Made by a program: the position numbers and the translations under genes
Notes under the pieces: model-generated
What the model saw: only the letters and a program-made list of their open reading frames with translations
Database searches by the model: none
Told to the model about the DNA's origin: nothing
Assembly: GCA_964481175.1 (NCBI GenBank)
Contig: CAYZSZ010000001.1
Location: 1,602-65,601 of the forward strand
From: an uncultured Candidatus Saccharibacteria bacterium
Lineage (GTDB): Bacteria; Patescibacteriota; Minisyncoccia; Phycocordibacterales; PALSA-1337
Direction of reading: 5' to 3'
Length of the DNA stretch: 64,000 nt
Part shown: positions 19,301-29,209 of the stretch, in pieces
Position numbering within the stretch: position 1 is the first letter of the stretch
Layout: each line of letters begins with the position of its first letter

Positions 19301-20523
19301 CACTTAAAACACCACTTCCAACCACTTCATTCACTGAGACTTTTACATTTACAGCAAGCGACGGGCGCCTAGCAAGTAACAACGCTACCATAACATTGCA
19401 GTACACAGTAACAGCTCCACCAAAATACAATCTTACTGTTTCAAAAACAGGGCAGGGCACAATACAAGGAACTGGTATTTCATGTGGAGTAGACTGTGCC
19501 GAACAAATAAATGCCGGTAGTGTTATTTCACTTCTTGCAATACCTGCTTCTGGATACACATTTAGTAGATGGACGGGCGACTGTACGAGCACCTCAATCT
19601 CTTGTTCGGTTACATTGGACAAGCCAAAGACTGTTAATGCAATCTTTGTTCTGGCTTTGAATCTAGACGCAGATGGAGACGGTATACTACTCCCACTAGA
19701 CAAATGTCCAAACACACTTCCTGCCGTTCGAAATCAAGTAAACCGTGCTGGATGTGTCCGACCAAAACTTACTAAGTTCACAACCAAACCAGTTGTAGAA
19801 GATGACATCAGTGCAGTTCCAAACGTTGAGCTCGGTATAAACAATGTTGGAAAAATCAAATTCAACACACCAGTAGCACTTACTCGCGAGAATGCTGTAA
19901 TCGACATAGACGCAAACGTTATTATTGAACAAGACAAAGTGGAGATTAAATCTTCAGTAATTCCTGAGCTCAACAGGCCAGCAACTATCACTCTCTACAA
20001 TATCGACGAAAAAAATCCTCGTATTCTGCGTGACGGCGTAGTCTGTTCTGAGCCGCAGTGTAAGATAGAGTCATTCTCAAATGGAACACTGGTCTTTACG
20101 GTTAGCGGCTTTTCGCTCTATACTGTAGAAGAGACTCCGGTCACTGCCACATCTACTCCTAACGTCGAAGAAAAACCAAAACGTAGAGGTGGTGGAGGGG
20201 GAGGGGGAGGCGGAGGTGCTCCAAAATCTGCAACCTCAAACGAAGAGTTGATCGCACAGCTTACTGCTCAACTCAACATGCTTATCGCCGAACTAAATAG
20301 ACTGACAGGCGGAAGCATGCTCACTTCAGACCTTACACAAGGTATGCGTGGAGCAGAGGTCACAAAATTACAAAACAAACTTACTGCAAAAGGATTCCCA
20401 GTAAGTTCTAGCGGATACTACGGAACACAGACAACAACAGCAGTAAAGAAATTTCAGACAAGTAAAGGCATCACACCGACAGGAAATGTAGGTCCCCTTA
20501 CTCGAGCTCAACTAAACAAATAA
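16306..20523 (+). CDS. Large secreted multidomain protein: PQQ-dependent sugar-dehydrogenase-like propeller, PKD/Ig, trypsin-like protease, B-repeats, C-terminal peptidoglycan-binding domain
   Basis: Signal peptide; HNGGALHFGKDGKLY, GFRNPF; FSGTGTDPEDG; ISPRHIIFAKH/DIGVG/GDSG; two FSGWSGDC-type repeats; V..LQ..L...G...GYYG.QT..AVKKFQ...GI.PTG.VGPLTR. Confidence 0.8.
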   Translation: MKKLIPVILFSLLLPVFVVFAQTPAYKDMTYVSGFAPATSMEFAPDGRIFVAERGGKVRVIKNGQLLPTPFLTVSVALNGERGLSGITLDPNFRTNGYVYIYYTRANEPIKNRLSRFTVSATNPDVADPNSEKILIDDIGSDSGIHNGGALHFGKDGKLYVAVGDGGSFRANAQILTNLSGKILRINPDGTIPNDNPFIGYSLPGVRTEIWAFGFRNPFTFAVDPVSGKIYVNDVGETTWEEINILQRDGNYTWPRCEGPQNTGVGECADSDFQYPLYAYNHNKKGASITGAAFYKGDYYFGDMVLKVIRKMNSNNAVSDFISTSELPVDIDAGPDGNLYYLGYGGKVMKIVAQDTPINGLCAVTVVNICHSGTFTDLPDSATHALWSCVGSSGGTTASCSVPLSSNKLPTATITTPVVNAKYNAGQTISFSGTGTDPEDGTLPASAFSWSVVFHHNTHTHPFLGPITGKTGDSFVVPNTGELADDVWYRIYLTVTDSKGAKSEVYRDVYPNVVTLTFRTNPAGKNVTVDGQPQTTPYVVKSVVGMKRIISVDSQDFFEWSNNGAREQTITTPTTDTAYTASFSAPRPTSVVMQPYYGSGDLSIHMQKEVDDRIGGNMANATTKSLWYTRGSNTAAWEQNPFTFLRGNGIGIDLNGQSPWNSLGQYARSGTLISPRHIIFAKHFRLSAGTTVVFVDSTNRIVERTIEKVELAPDPLDIGVGLLNKDVPENIPFYPIISRSIWQQYLGNVGTNVDIPIIYLDLEDKIGVHVIKANALYSNSANLSHVKGTGKRAEFDEPIVLGDSGNPAFAIIGGQPVLLFTHFDFPFGPNFATHFDLINGLMTKLGGGYQLSTLDLSRFDTSVPKFTLTVSKPIGGTVIAAGGINCGTNCSAQYNKDTEVSLAADKATGYVFSGWSGDCTGTGLCTVKMDKAKTVTANFTVANTAPIAQNATFTFSGTSTTVALSASDAQNDSLTYTLSTLSTPKGTLTKVNETTYTYTLKTPLPTTSFTETFTFTASDGRLASNNATITLQYTVTAPPKYNLTVSKTGQGTIQGTGISCGVDCAEQINAGSVISLLAIPASGYTFSRWTGDCTSTSISCSVTLDKPKTVNAIFVLALNLDADGDGILLPLDKCPNTLPAVRNQVNRAGCVRPKLTKFTTKPVVEDDISAVPNVELGINNVGKIKFNTPVALTRENAVIDIDANVIIEQDKVEIKSSVIPELNRPATITLYNIDEKNPRILRDGVVCSEPQCKIESFSNGTLVFTVSGFSLYTVEETPVTATSTPNVEEKPKRRGGGGGGGGGGAPKSATSNEELIAQLTAQLNMLIAELNRLTGGSMLTSDLTQGMRGAEVTKLQNKLTAKGFPVSSSGYYGTQTTTAVKKFQTSKGITPTGNVGPLTRAQLNK

Positions 20524-21366
20524 ATGGCAAAAGACTTTTATAAAATTTTAGGGGTTGAAAAAAATGCTTCGCAAGACGAAATCAAAAAAGCATTTCGTAA
20601 ACTCGCGCACCAATATCATCCAGACAAAAACAAAGGTGATGATACAAAGTTCAAAGAAGTAAACGAAGCATACACCGTTCTATCAGACGAACAGAAGCGA
20701 AAGCAATACGACATGTACGGCAATACTGACGCTGGTTTTGGAGGATTCAATGGAGCTCAAGGCTTTGGCGGCTTTGATTTTTCTCAGTTCACACAAAATG
20801 GCCAATCATTTGAGTTTGATCTAGGAGATGTCTTCAATGATTTTTTTGGTGGAGCACGACGTCCTAGAAAAGGAAGAAACATCACCATCGATATCCAACT
20901 CACATTCAAAGAGGCCGCATTTGGAACAGAACGTGAGATTTCAAACGGTAAAGAAAAGATCACCGTAAAGATTCCATCAGGTATCAACAATGGCGAAGGA
21001 CTACGTGTAAGCGGCAAAGGAGAGACAGGAGAAGCTGGTCCAGGAGATCTCATCGTCCGTATCTGGGTTGCAGAGCACAAAACGCTTCGACGTGAGGGCT
21101 ACAATGTAATCACTCAAGTCAAAGTAAAACTTTCATTAGCACTTTTGGGTGGAGAAATAACAGTGGAATCGCTCGATGGAAACATCGAAGTAAAAGTGCC
21201 ACAAGGTGTCATCCACGGTGAAATGCTCCGTATAAAAGGAAAGGGAATACAGCACGAAAATGGCAAGCGTGGGGATATGTACGTGGCTATACTTATCGAT
21301 ATTCCTCGAAAACTCTCAAAATCAGCCACAAAGCTAGTTGAAGAATTAAAGAAAGAGGGTATATAA
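20524..21366 (+). CDS. dnaJ: DnaJ-family co-chaperone lacking the zinc finger (class B)
   Basis: J domain with HPD, G/F region, C-terminal domain; no CxxCxGxG repeats. Confidence 0.9.
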   Translation: MAKDFYKILGVEKNASQDEIKKAFRKLAHQYHPDKNKGDDTKFKEVNEAYTVLSDEQKRKQYDMYGNTDAGFGGFNGAQGFGGFDFSQFTQNGQSFEFDLGDVFNDFFGGARRPRKGRNITIDIQLTFKEAAFGTEREISNGKEKITVKIPSGINNGEGLRVSGKGETGEAGPGDLIVRIWVAEHKTLRREGYNVITQVKVKLSLALLGGEITVESLDGNIEVKVPQGVIHGEMLRIKGKGIQHENGKRGDMYVAILIDIPRKLSKSATKLVEELKKEGI

Positions 21367-21375
21367 TAGAGTGCA

Positions 21376-22287
21376 ATGAAAAAGATACTGCTCTCAGGAG
21401 TAAAACCGACTGGCCGTCCTCACTTAGGAAACTTTTTTGGTGCCATGAAGCAGTGGGTAAATTTACAGAACGATTATGAAATGTACGTCATGATCGCTGA
21501 TTATCATGCCCTCAACTTTATCCAGAATAAAGATGAAATGCTCTCTCAGACTGAAGAAATGATTAAAGACTATTTGGCAATCGGTCTCGATCCAGAAAAA
21601 GTCACTTTCTTTAAGCAATCTGATGTGAGCGCTCACACCGAGCTAGCTTGGATTTTTGACACCATCACCACAGTTCCGTATCTCATGCGTGCACATGCCT
21701 ACAAAGACAAAGATGGGGATGTGAGCGTAGGAACTTTTAACTATCCGATGCTCATGGCAGCAGATATTCTTTTGTATGACACCGACATTGTCCCTGTCGG
21801 CCAAGACCAAAAGCAACATATCGAAATCACTCGTGACACTGCAATAAAATTCAACAATGCATTTGGTGACGTATTTAAGCTTCCTGAAGAACTGATCCAA
21901 AAAGAAGTAGCGGTAGTTCCTGGCACCGATGGACGAAAGATGTCAAAGAGTTACAAAAACACAATTCCACTTTTCGCTACTTATGAAGAGATTCAAAAAG
22001 CGGTGATGAGTATCGTCACTGACTCTGGTGGAGACATCCCAAAGAACGTCTACGAAATACACAAACTCTTCGGAAACGTCGACCAGTTCTATGCAGAAAA
22101 TAAAGGCAAATACAAAGTCCTCAAAGAAAAACTGATCGAAGATATTGAGGCCTTCATAAAGCCCCTCCGCGAGCGACGAGAGAAAGTCAGTGTTCAAGGA
22201 GTCCTCGAGAAAGGAAAGGTCCGAGCAAAGGAAAGAGCCGACAGAAAACTAGAAGAAGTAAAAAAGGCCATCGGCGTCCTCAAATAA
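21376..22287 (+). CDS. trpS: Tryptophan--tRNA ligase
   Basis: SGVKPTG..HLGN, YPMLMAADIL, VPVGQDQKQH, KMSKS. Confidence 0.97.
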   Translation: MKKILLSGVKPTGRPHLGNFFGAMKQWVNLQNDYEMYVMIADYHALNFIQNKDEMLSQTEEMIKDYLAIGLDPEKVTFFKQSDVSAHTELAWIFDTITTVPYLMRAHAYKDKDGDVSVGTFNYPMLMAADILLYDTDIVPVGQDQKQHIEITRDTAIKFNNAFGDVFKLPEELIQKEVAVVPGTDGRKMSKSYKNTIPLFATYEEIQKAVMSIVTDSGGDIPKNVYEIHKLFGNVDQFYAENKGKYKVLKEKLIEDIEAFIKPLRERREKVSVQGVLEKGKVRAKERADRKLEEVKKAIGVLK

Positions 22288-22288
22288 C

Positions 22289-23008
22289 ATGTCATTCGTC
22301 ATCAAACACGAACAATTTGAAGGGCCCCTCGATTTACTCCTCACACTGATTGAGAAGCGAAAATTGTTTGTGAATGATATATCACTTGCCAAAGTGACTG
22401 ACGACTATGTTGCATATCTCCAGCAGAATTCTTTCACCATGGGTGACGCTGCGAGTTTTATCCTGATCGCCTCTACACTTCTTTTAATAAAGTCAAAGTC
22501 ACTTCTTCCAGCACTTACTCTAACCGAAGAAGAAACAAACGATGTGTCCGATCTACAAACTCGCCTGACACTGTATGAAATATATCGCCGTGCATCATAC
22601 AAAATCAAAGCGCTTTTTGGAAAAACAATCTTGTTTGCTCGCAACCGACCAAAAGTAATCGACCCAGTTTTTTCTCCTGACCAGTCGATGACGTTGAAAA
22701 ATCTGCACTTGGCAGTACTCAGTGTGCTCAATTCTCTCCCAAAGAAAGAAAAGCTACCCGAAGTAAAAGTAAAAAAGATCATGAGCCTCGAAGAGATGAT
22801 CGACAGTCTTTCTGGTCGCATTCAATCAAGCTTACGTATGAGCTTCAAAGATTTTTCTAAAACAAAAGAGCGTGTCGAGGTTATCGTGGGCTTTCTAGCA
22901 CTTTTGGAACTGGTAAAAAATGGCGTAGTGCAGGCCGAACAAAGCGAAACTTTCAGTGACATTCACATGGAGAGTAACAATATTGGAATTCCGCGGTATA
23001 ATGTCTAA
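22289..23008 (+). CDS. scpA: Segregation/condensation protein A
   Basis: FEGPLDLLL.LI, LLLIKSKSLLP, FLALLELVK. Confidence 0.93.
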   Translation: MSFVIKHEQFEGPLDLLLTLIEKRKLFVNDISLAKVTDDYVAYLQQNSFTMGDAASFILIASTLLLIKSKSLLPALTLTEEETNDVSDLQTRLTLYEIYRRASYKIKALFGKTILFARNRPKVIDPVFSPDQSMTLKNLHLAVLSVLNSLPKKEKLPEVKVKKIMSLEEMIDSLSGRIQSSLRMSFKDFSKTKERVEVIVGFLALLELVKNGVVQAEQSETFSDIHMESNNIGIPRYNV

Positions 23009-23518
23009 ATGACACTTGATGCACGCATTGAGGCTATCCTCTTTTGGAAAGCGGAGCCTATCAAAATCTCAAAGCTGGCAAGTCTTCTCGACAAACAAGA
23101 GGGGGATATTCGTGATGCACTCGAGGACCTAAAAGAAAAGCTCGAAGAAAGAGGCGTAGCCTTAGTCGAATGGGAAGACGAAGTCACTCTCACCACAGCG
23201 CCTGGAGTGAGTGAGCTTATTGAGTCGATGACAAAAGAAGAGTTGATGAAAGACCTGGGGAAAGCAGGTCTCGAAACTCTATCGATTGTCCTCTACAAAG
23301 GACCTATCAGCCGGGCAGACATCGACTACGTAAGAGGGGTAAACTCTGCCTTTATCCTGAGAAACTTGGCTATACGGGGTCTTATCATAAAAGAAGAAAA
23401 CAAATACAAGCCGACGCTTGAGTTGATTTCTCATTTGGGTATTAAAAACATCGAAGAATTACCAGATAAAGAAAGCATACTGGCCGAGCTCGATAAAGCC
23501 TTAGAGATCCATGAATAA
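23009..23518 (+). CDS. scpB: Segregation/condensation protein B
   Basis: IEAILF, LETLSIVLYKGPISRADIDYVRGVNS. Confidence 0.93.
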   Translation: MTLDARIEAILFWKAEPIKISKLASLLDKQEGDIRDALEDLKEKLEERGVALVEWEDEVTLTTAPGVSELIESMTKEELMKDLGKAGLETLSIVLYKGPISRADIDYVRGVNSAFILRNLAIRGLIIKEENKYKPTLELISHLGIKNIEELPDKESILAELDKALEIHE

Positions 23519-25205
23519 ATCTATATTTTCGATTCTCATAGCGATGCTCGTGTTGTTTATCGTATTTTCTATTGGCGTAAAGGAAAAAGTAAAGACACCC
23601 CTGGCAATCAAAACTGCTACGGTAGATTTCCAAAAAATCGATCCGCCGATTCTAACTGCGAGCTCTTCTATCGTGGTTATGTACACTGCATCTAGCTCAA
23701 AAGTCTTGTACGAAAAGAATCCAAACGAAGAGCTGCCGATCGCGAGTATCACAAAGCTTTTTACAGCATATGTTTCTTCCACCTCCGAACTTTTTCAGCC
23801 GATGCTCATCGAATCCAGCAATGATGCAGCTTTAAAGGTGACAAAGCCACGTACAGTCGAAACTATGAATGCGTTCGCACGTGGTGCAGGACTTACTCAT
23901 ACAACTTTCTTTAACACTGTTGGCACGGACCGACCGGGACCGAACGTCTCTAGTGCATCTGATGTTTCAAAAGCAGTATATGCAATGTACATGACTCAGC
24001 ACGGTCGTGAAATATTTGATATAAGCACCACAGTTACACCAAAAGCTACAAATAGATCACTCACCGACAAGCGAATCCCTTTTGAAATAGTCGGCGGTAA
24101 AACTGGCGAGACACCAAAAGCGGGACAGACGCTCACTCTTATAACCAAAGGACCAAACAATAGCTATTTAGTTTTTGTAGTACTCGGTTCAAAAGATCGT
24201 TTCGGGGACATGGTGACGCTCACAAACTGGGTTCATGATTCATTTTATCCAAAGCAAAAAGATCCATTACAAAAAATACAGTGGGTACTCGCAACAAGCA
24301 CTGCGGCCTGGGGTACTCGTGACGCACACTCTTTAGTTACTTTTAAAGACAAGATGTTCTTGATCGGTGGTGTAAATGGAAATGCAGTCGTTGATCCAAA
24401 TGGCATGGTTCGATACTGGGACGCACCCCACAAAAGCGATATTTGGGTTACAGAGGACGGTACAAATTGGAAGATGATTACCGACAAAGCACCGTGGAGC
24501 CAGCGACGTTCTGTCACTACCGCAGTGTTTAAAGACAAACTCTGGCTTATGGGTGGTTGGGATCAATACGGATTCAAATACGATAATCGTATTTGGTTTA
24601 CTGATGATGGAGTTACATGGACACTTGCCACTTCTACTAGCCCGCGTTGGGAGGGAAGAGAGGGACACACACTAAACGTACACGACGGCAAACTATGGTT
24701 GGTTGGTGGTGTGAACTTTGTAAAACGAACTACCTACAACGATGTTTGGTCATCCGAAGATGGCATAAACTGGAAACAAGTCACGGCAAACGCTCCTTGG
24801 TCACCTCGTTACGATCATGCTGTTTCTGTTTTCGACAATGAGTTGTATCTCACGGGTGGGCTACACATCGGCACACATACAACTGAGAGCGAAGTCTGGG
24901 TCAGCAAAGACGGACTCAACTGGGAGCACCGAGTACCTGAGTGGCCATCACGACTCGGACATATTTCTTATGTATTCAAAAATGCTTTGTGGATTACAGG
25001 AGGCTGGAATGCAACGGCTGATACAGGTATCAACGACACATGGTTTACGTATGATGGGGTAAAATGGCTAAAAACAGATACAGACGGTCCATGGATTGGT
25101 CGCGAAGACACTATGGGAGAAGTCTTTAAAAACAAAATGTGGCTTACAGGTGGGATGGACACAAACGAACACTGGAATAGCGATGTATACTATTCAAGTA
25201 TATGA
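23511..25205 (+). CDS. Peptidase S11 (D,D-carboxypeptidase-like) fused to a Kelch-like beta-propeller
   Basis: ASITK (SxxK), SSN (SxN), GKTG; six repeats of W..R..H.....F.DKLWL.GG.....DVW.S.DG.NW. Confidence 0.8.
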   Translation: MNKSIFSILIAMLVLFIVFSIGVKEKVKTPLAIKTATVDFQKIDPPILTASSSIVVMYTASSSKVLYEKNPNEELPIASITKLFTAYVSSTSELFQPMLIESSNDAALKVTKPRTVETMNAFARGAGLTHTTFFNTVGTDRPGPNVSSASDVSKAVYAMYMTQHGREIFDISTTVTPKATNRSLTDKRIPFEIVGGKTGETPKAGQTLTLITKGPNNSYLVFVVLGSKDRFGDMVTLTNWVHDSFYPKQKDPLQKIQWVLATSTAAWGTRDAHSLVTFKDKMFLIGGVNGNAVVDPNGMVRYWDAPHKSDIWVTEDGTNWKMITDKAPWSQRRSVTTAVFKDKLWLMGGWDQYGFKYDNRIWFTDDGVTWTLATSTSPRWEGREGHTLNVHDGKLWLVGGVNFVKRTTYNDVWSSEDGINWKQVTANAPWSPRYDHAVSVFDNELYLTGGLHIGTHTTESEVWVSKDGLNWEHRVPEWPSRLGHISYVFKNALWITGGWNATADTGINDTWFTYDGVKWLKTDTDGPWIGREDTMGEVFKNKMWLTGGMDTNEHWNSDVYYSSI

Positions 25206-26293
25206 CAAAGAGAATTGATTCTTTATATCTAACTTCTGTAATTCTTATTACCGTGTTTGGTTTTGTTACTTTCTTTTCGGCTTCTTTTGGTTTACTTGTA
25301 AAAGATGACGCACTTGCAAACTCAGTGCTCTTTAATCAAAGCATTGGTCTCCTCTTGGGAATAATCGCATTCTTTGTTGCGTCTCGAGTAAACTATTTAT
25401 TTTACCGAAAACATGCCTTGGCTATTTTTGCTGCCACGCTATGCGTAAACGTTCTTTTGTTTATACCGAGCCTGACACTAAAGCACGGTGGTGCATCTCG
25501 TTGGCTAGACTTTAGATATTTTACTATTCAACCATCTGAACTTTTAAAAATTGGTTTTATCATATACCTCGGTGGCTGGCTTGCATTTGTCAAAACAAAA
25601 ATTGAAAGCATCAAATTTGGAATCGCACCATTTCTTTGTATTATCGGCATTGTCTCGATTTTGCTACTCGCACAGTCTGATACAGACACCCTAGTCGTGA
25701 TCGGACTTACTGGGATTACTATGCTTTTTGTGGCTGGAGCAAAGATACGACATATCGCTTTAATCGGTCTTTTAGCAGTCATTTTCTTGTCAGCTATCAT
25801 TATGGTGCGACCGTATGCTAGACAGCGTGTAATGACCTATTTAAACCCAAATAATGACCCTCAGGGCTCTAGTTACCAGATACAGCAGTCACTTATCGCC
25901 ATCGGTTCAGGAGGACTTACAGGGCGCGGTTTTGGTCAAAGTATTCAAAAGTTCAGCTATCTGCCAGAGCCAGTAGGGGACTCTATATTTGCTGTTGCCG
26001 CAGAAGAGTTTGGATTTATCGGTATGTTTATTATGTTGTGTTTATATGTATTTTTTGTTCAAAGAACGTTTAAAATCGCCGCACGAGCACCAGATACATT
26101 TAGTAGACTAGTGGTCCTCGGAATTGGTATACTAGTCGTAGTTGAGTCATTTATGAATATCAGTGCCATGCTAGGAGTGATACCCCTTACCGGTCAGCCA
26201 CTACTGTTTGTGAGTCACGGTGGAACGGCTTTGGCTATCATCCTCGGAGCATCTGGTATCATTGCAAATATCTCAAGATACCAACAACGATGA
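25202..26293 (+). CDS. ftsW: SEDS peptidoglycan glycosyltransferase FtsW
   Basis: GASRW, IQPSE..K, YQIQQSLIAIGSGG, EEFGFIG, PLTG.PL.FVSHGGT; upstream of murG. Confidence 0.93.
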   Translation: MTKRIDSLYLTSVILITVFGFVTFFSASFGLLVKDDALANSVLFNQSIGLLLGIIAFFVASRVNYLFYRKHALAIFAATLCVNVLLFIPSLTLKHGGASRWLDFRYFTIQPSELLKIGFIIYLGGWLAFVKTKIESIKFGIAPFLCIIGIVSILLLAQSDTDTLVVIGLTGITMLFVAGAKIRHIALIGLLAVIFLSAIIMVRPYARQRVMTYLNPNNDPQGSSYQIQQSLIAIGSGGLTGRGFGQSIQKFSYLPEPVGDSIFAVAAEEFGFIGMFIMLCLYVFFVQRTFKIAARAPDTFSRLVVLGIGILVVVESFMNISAMLGVIPLTGQPLLFVSHGGTALAIILGASGIIANISRYQQR

Positions 26294-27417
26294 AAATATT
26301 ACTTACAGGAGGCAGCACGGGCGGTCACTTTTATCCACTCATCGCAGTGGCTGAATCTCTCTATGATCGCGCACTTCAAAAGAAAATTATCAAGCCAGAG
26401 ATCTGGTACATGGATTCCTCAAAGTACAATCCACGAGCTTTGTTTGATAACGACATTCAGTTTATAGAAGTTCCGGCCGGAAAACTCCGCCGCTATTTTT
26501 CGTTCTTAAACTTTACCGATTTGTTTAAAACTGCTATCGGTATCGTCCTCGCCCTTATCAATATGTGGAAGCTATACCCAGATGTTGTCTTTGGAAAGGG
26601 AGGCTACTCTAGCTTTCCAGCCTTAGTCGCTGCTCGCTTTTTTGGAATACCTGTGGTCATCCACGAGTCAGACAGCAGACCAGGTAGGGTCAACGCATGG
26701 GCAGGAAAATTTGCAAAACGCATTGCAGTATCATATCCAGACGCTGCTGAGTATTTTGATAGCTCAAAAGTCGCATATACTGGCAACCCAATCAGACGCG
26801 AAATACGTATTCCTCTAAATGAGGGCTCGCATGAGCAGCTCGGCATCGACAAAACTATCCCAACACTCTTGATCTTGGGAGGATCACAGGGTTCACAACT
26901 TATCAATGACGTGATTCTCGATTCACTTCCTGTTCTTTTGGAAAAATACAATATCATCCACCAAACTGGTAGAAAAAACTTTGCTGAAGTTACGAGAACT
27001 GCAGGAGTTATCCTCGCAAACAACAAAAACAGCAATCGCTACAAACCTCTCGATTATCTAAACGATCTTACTATCCGTCTCACTTCAGGAGCTGCTGACT
27101 TGATCGTTTCACGAGCAGGTTCTACCATATTTGAGATAGCAGCATGGCAAAAGCCAAGCATCGTAATACCGATTTCACCAGCAGTGAGCCATGACCAAAC
27201 AAAAAATGCATTTTCATACGCTCGTGCTGGAGCTTGCAAGGTGATTGAAGAGCACAATCTTACGACACACGTATTTATTGCCGAAGTTGAAAACCTTATG
27301 TCTAATCCAGCAGAACGAAAGCAATTGGCAGACAATGCGGGCAAGTTTGCTCGCCTCGATAGTGGGGACAAAATAGCCGATGTTTTGCTCGAAATAGCCC
27401 TCGAACACGAAAAGTAA
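26290..27417 (+). CDS. murG: MurG glycosyltransferase
   Basis: GGSTGGHFYP, GKGGY, HESD..PG..N, GGSQGS, SRAG. Confidence 0.95.
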   Translation: MKILLTGGSTGGHFYPLIAVAESLYDRALQKKIIKPEIWYMDSSKYNPRALFDNDIQFIEVPAGKLRRYFSFLNFTDLFKTAIGIVLALINMWKLYPDVVFGKGGYSSFPALVAARFFGIPVVIHESDSRPGRVNAWAGKFAKRIAVSYPDAAEYFDSSKVAYTGNPIRREIRIPLNEGSHEQLGIDKTIPTLLILGGSQGSQLINDVILDSLPVLLEKYNIIHQTGRKNFAEVTRTAGVILANNKNSNRYKPLDYLNDLTIRLTSGAADLIVSRAGSTIFEIAAWQKPSIVIPISPAVSHDQTKNAFSYARAGACKVIEEHNLTTHVFIAEVENLMSNPAERKQLADNAGKFARLDSGDKIADVLLEIALEHEK

Positions 27418-27457
27418 TTGTGGTATAATAGGCACATTACTAGTTTAATTTAAAACT

Positions 27458-27910
27458 ATGGAAACAACACAAGGCGTAGCAACATGGCAGTGGGTCGTTT
27501 CAGTTCTTGTTGTCATTGGACTCATCGTCCTCGGTGTATATTTTTTCACCGGTGACAGCAAAAACAGCACAGAAACTCCTACCACAAATTCTCCTGCACT
27601 CAATGGCACAGAACAGAACCGTCTCATCGTCACTGATCAGTTCCCAGGTGACATCGTGTACGTCACTACAGTTCAGCTTGCAAAACCAGGCTTAGTAGCG
27701 ATTACAAAAGACGTAGCAGGAAAAGCAGGTGCAGTTATCGGGACACAACCGTTTGAAAAAGGCATTACTACAGGAAAGGTCACTTTGACCGAGCCTACAC
27801 TCAGTGGTTCTACGTATCATGCAGTACTGTATTACTCTGATGCAAAAGACACAGTCTTGATCGACAAGACATTCAAAGCTCGAACCGACCTCCCAGAAGA
27901 TAAAGGATAA
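27458..27910 (+). CDS. Membrane-anchored hypothetical protein
   Basis: N-terminal TM and beta-rich domain; TGG-TATAAT upstream. Confidence 0.7.
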   Translation: METTQGVATWQWVVSVLVVIGLIVLGVYFFTGDSKNSTETPTTNSPALNGTEQNRLIVTDQFPGDIVYVTTVQLAKPGLVAITKDVAGKAGAVIGTQPFEKGITTGKVTLTEPTLSGSTYHAVLYYSDAKDTVLIDKTFKARTDLPEDKG

Positions 27911-27919
27911 TAACCATTC

Positions 27920-29209
27920 ATGAGTAGTGAAGAAAATAAAAAATCTGTAGTCACCAGATTCCCGCCGAGCCCGACGGGTTTTCTTCATATTGGAAGAGCA
28001 CGAACAGCATTGTTCAACTATCTCTACGCTCGAAAAAATAATGGCAAACTTATCTTTAGACTAGAAGACACAGACAAAGCTCGTTCAAAACCGGAGTTCG
28101 AGCAAAACTTTTACGATTGTTTAAACTGGCTCGGAATAAAATGGGACAATGAAAAAGTAATCAGGCAATCAGAGAGGACTGAAGTCTACAAAAACTACGT
28201 GCACAAAATGGTAAAAGAAGACAAGGCGTATATCTCAAAAGAAGAAAATGGAAACGAGGTTGTACGCTTCAGAAACCCAAATAAAAAAGTTACCTTCACT
28301 GACCTCATACGCGGTGACATTACTTTTGATACAACTGAGCTAGAAGACTTTATCATTGCTCGAAATATCAACGAGCCGCTATACCACCTGACAGCTGTCG
28401 TAGATGACTTTGAGGGCGGCATCACACATGTGATCCGGGGTGACGACGGTATATCAAATACTCCTCGGCAGATCCTCATCCAGGAAGCGATCGGCGCACC
28501 AAAGCCCGTATATGCTCATTTACCGCTTATTCTAGCTGCAGACAGATCAAAGCTTTCAGGTAGACATGGTGCTGTATCGGTAACTGAGTACAAAGATGCT
28601 GGATATCTCCCTGAAGCACTTACAAACTACCTAGCACTCCTCGGTTGGAACCCAGGAACTGAGCAAGAGATATTTTCAATGGACGAGCTCATCCAAGCTT
28701 TTGACCTTACCAAAGTAAACAAAGCTGGTGCAGTCTTTAATCCAGAAAAACTAAAATGGTTCAATAAGCAGTACATTTCAAAGATGTCGCTCGACGAGTT
28801 CAAAAAAGCTGCTGCTCCTTTTGCCACTGATGTACCTGAAAAGCTGTGGCCTCTCCTAAAAGAGAGAACTATTATCCTAAGCGAGCTAAAAGACCTTTCT
28901 GAGTTTGATTTTCTTTCAAAGAAACCAGATTATCCAAAAGAAAAATTAAACTGGAAAGAGACTCCTGCAAACAAAGCGCGCCTAGAAGAAACAAAAAAAC
29001 TGGTCGAATCTGTATCTGATTTTACAAAAGAAAATGTAAAGTCTGCATTGTGGCCACTCGCTGAAAAAGAAGGGAAGGGGGAGGTCCTTTGGCCACTGCG
29101 CATTGCCCTATCAGGAAAAGACAAAAGCCCTGACCCATTTATACTCTGCGAACTTCTTGGAAAAGAAGAATCTCTTTCACGCATCAATCATGCGATATCT
29201 TTACTTTAG
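27920..29209 (+). CDS. gltX: Glutamate--tRNA ligase
   Basis: RFPPSPTGFLHIG, RLEDTD, ITHVIRGDD, KLSGR. Confidence 0.96.
   Translation: MSSEENKKSVVTRFPPSPTGFLHIGRARTALFNYLYARKNNGKLIFRLEDTDKARSKPEFEQNFYDCLNWLGIKWDNEKVIRQSERTEVYKNYVHKMVKEDKAYISKEENGNEVVRFRNPNKKVTFTDLIRGDITFDTTELEDFIIARNINEPLYHLTAVVDDFEGGITHVIRGDDGISNTPRQILIQEAIGAPKPVYAHLPLILAADRSKLSGRHGAVSVTEYKDAGYLPEALTNYLALLGWNPGTEQEIFSMDELIQAFDLTKVNKAGAVFNPEKLKWFNKQYISKMSLDEFKKAAAPFATDVPEKLWPLLKERTIILSELKDLSEFDFLSKKPDYPKEKLNWKETPANKARLEETKKLVESVSDFTKENVKSALWPLAEKEGKGEVLWPLRIALSGKDKSPDPFILCELLGKEESLSRINHAISLL

Noticed and set aside
20187-20217. G-rich tract as a G-quadruplex or phase-variation site
   Set aside because: It is explained by an in-frame poly-Gly linker with mixed codons.
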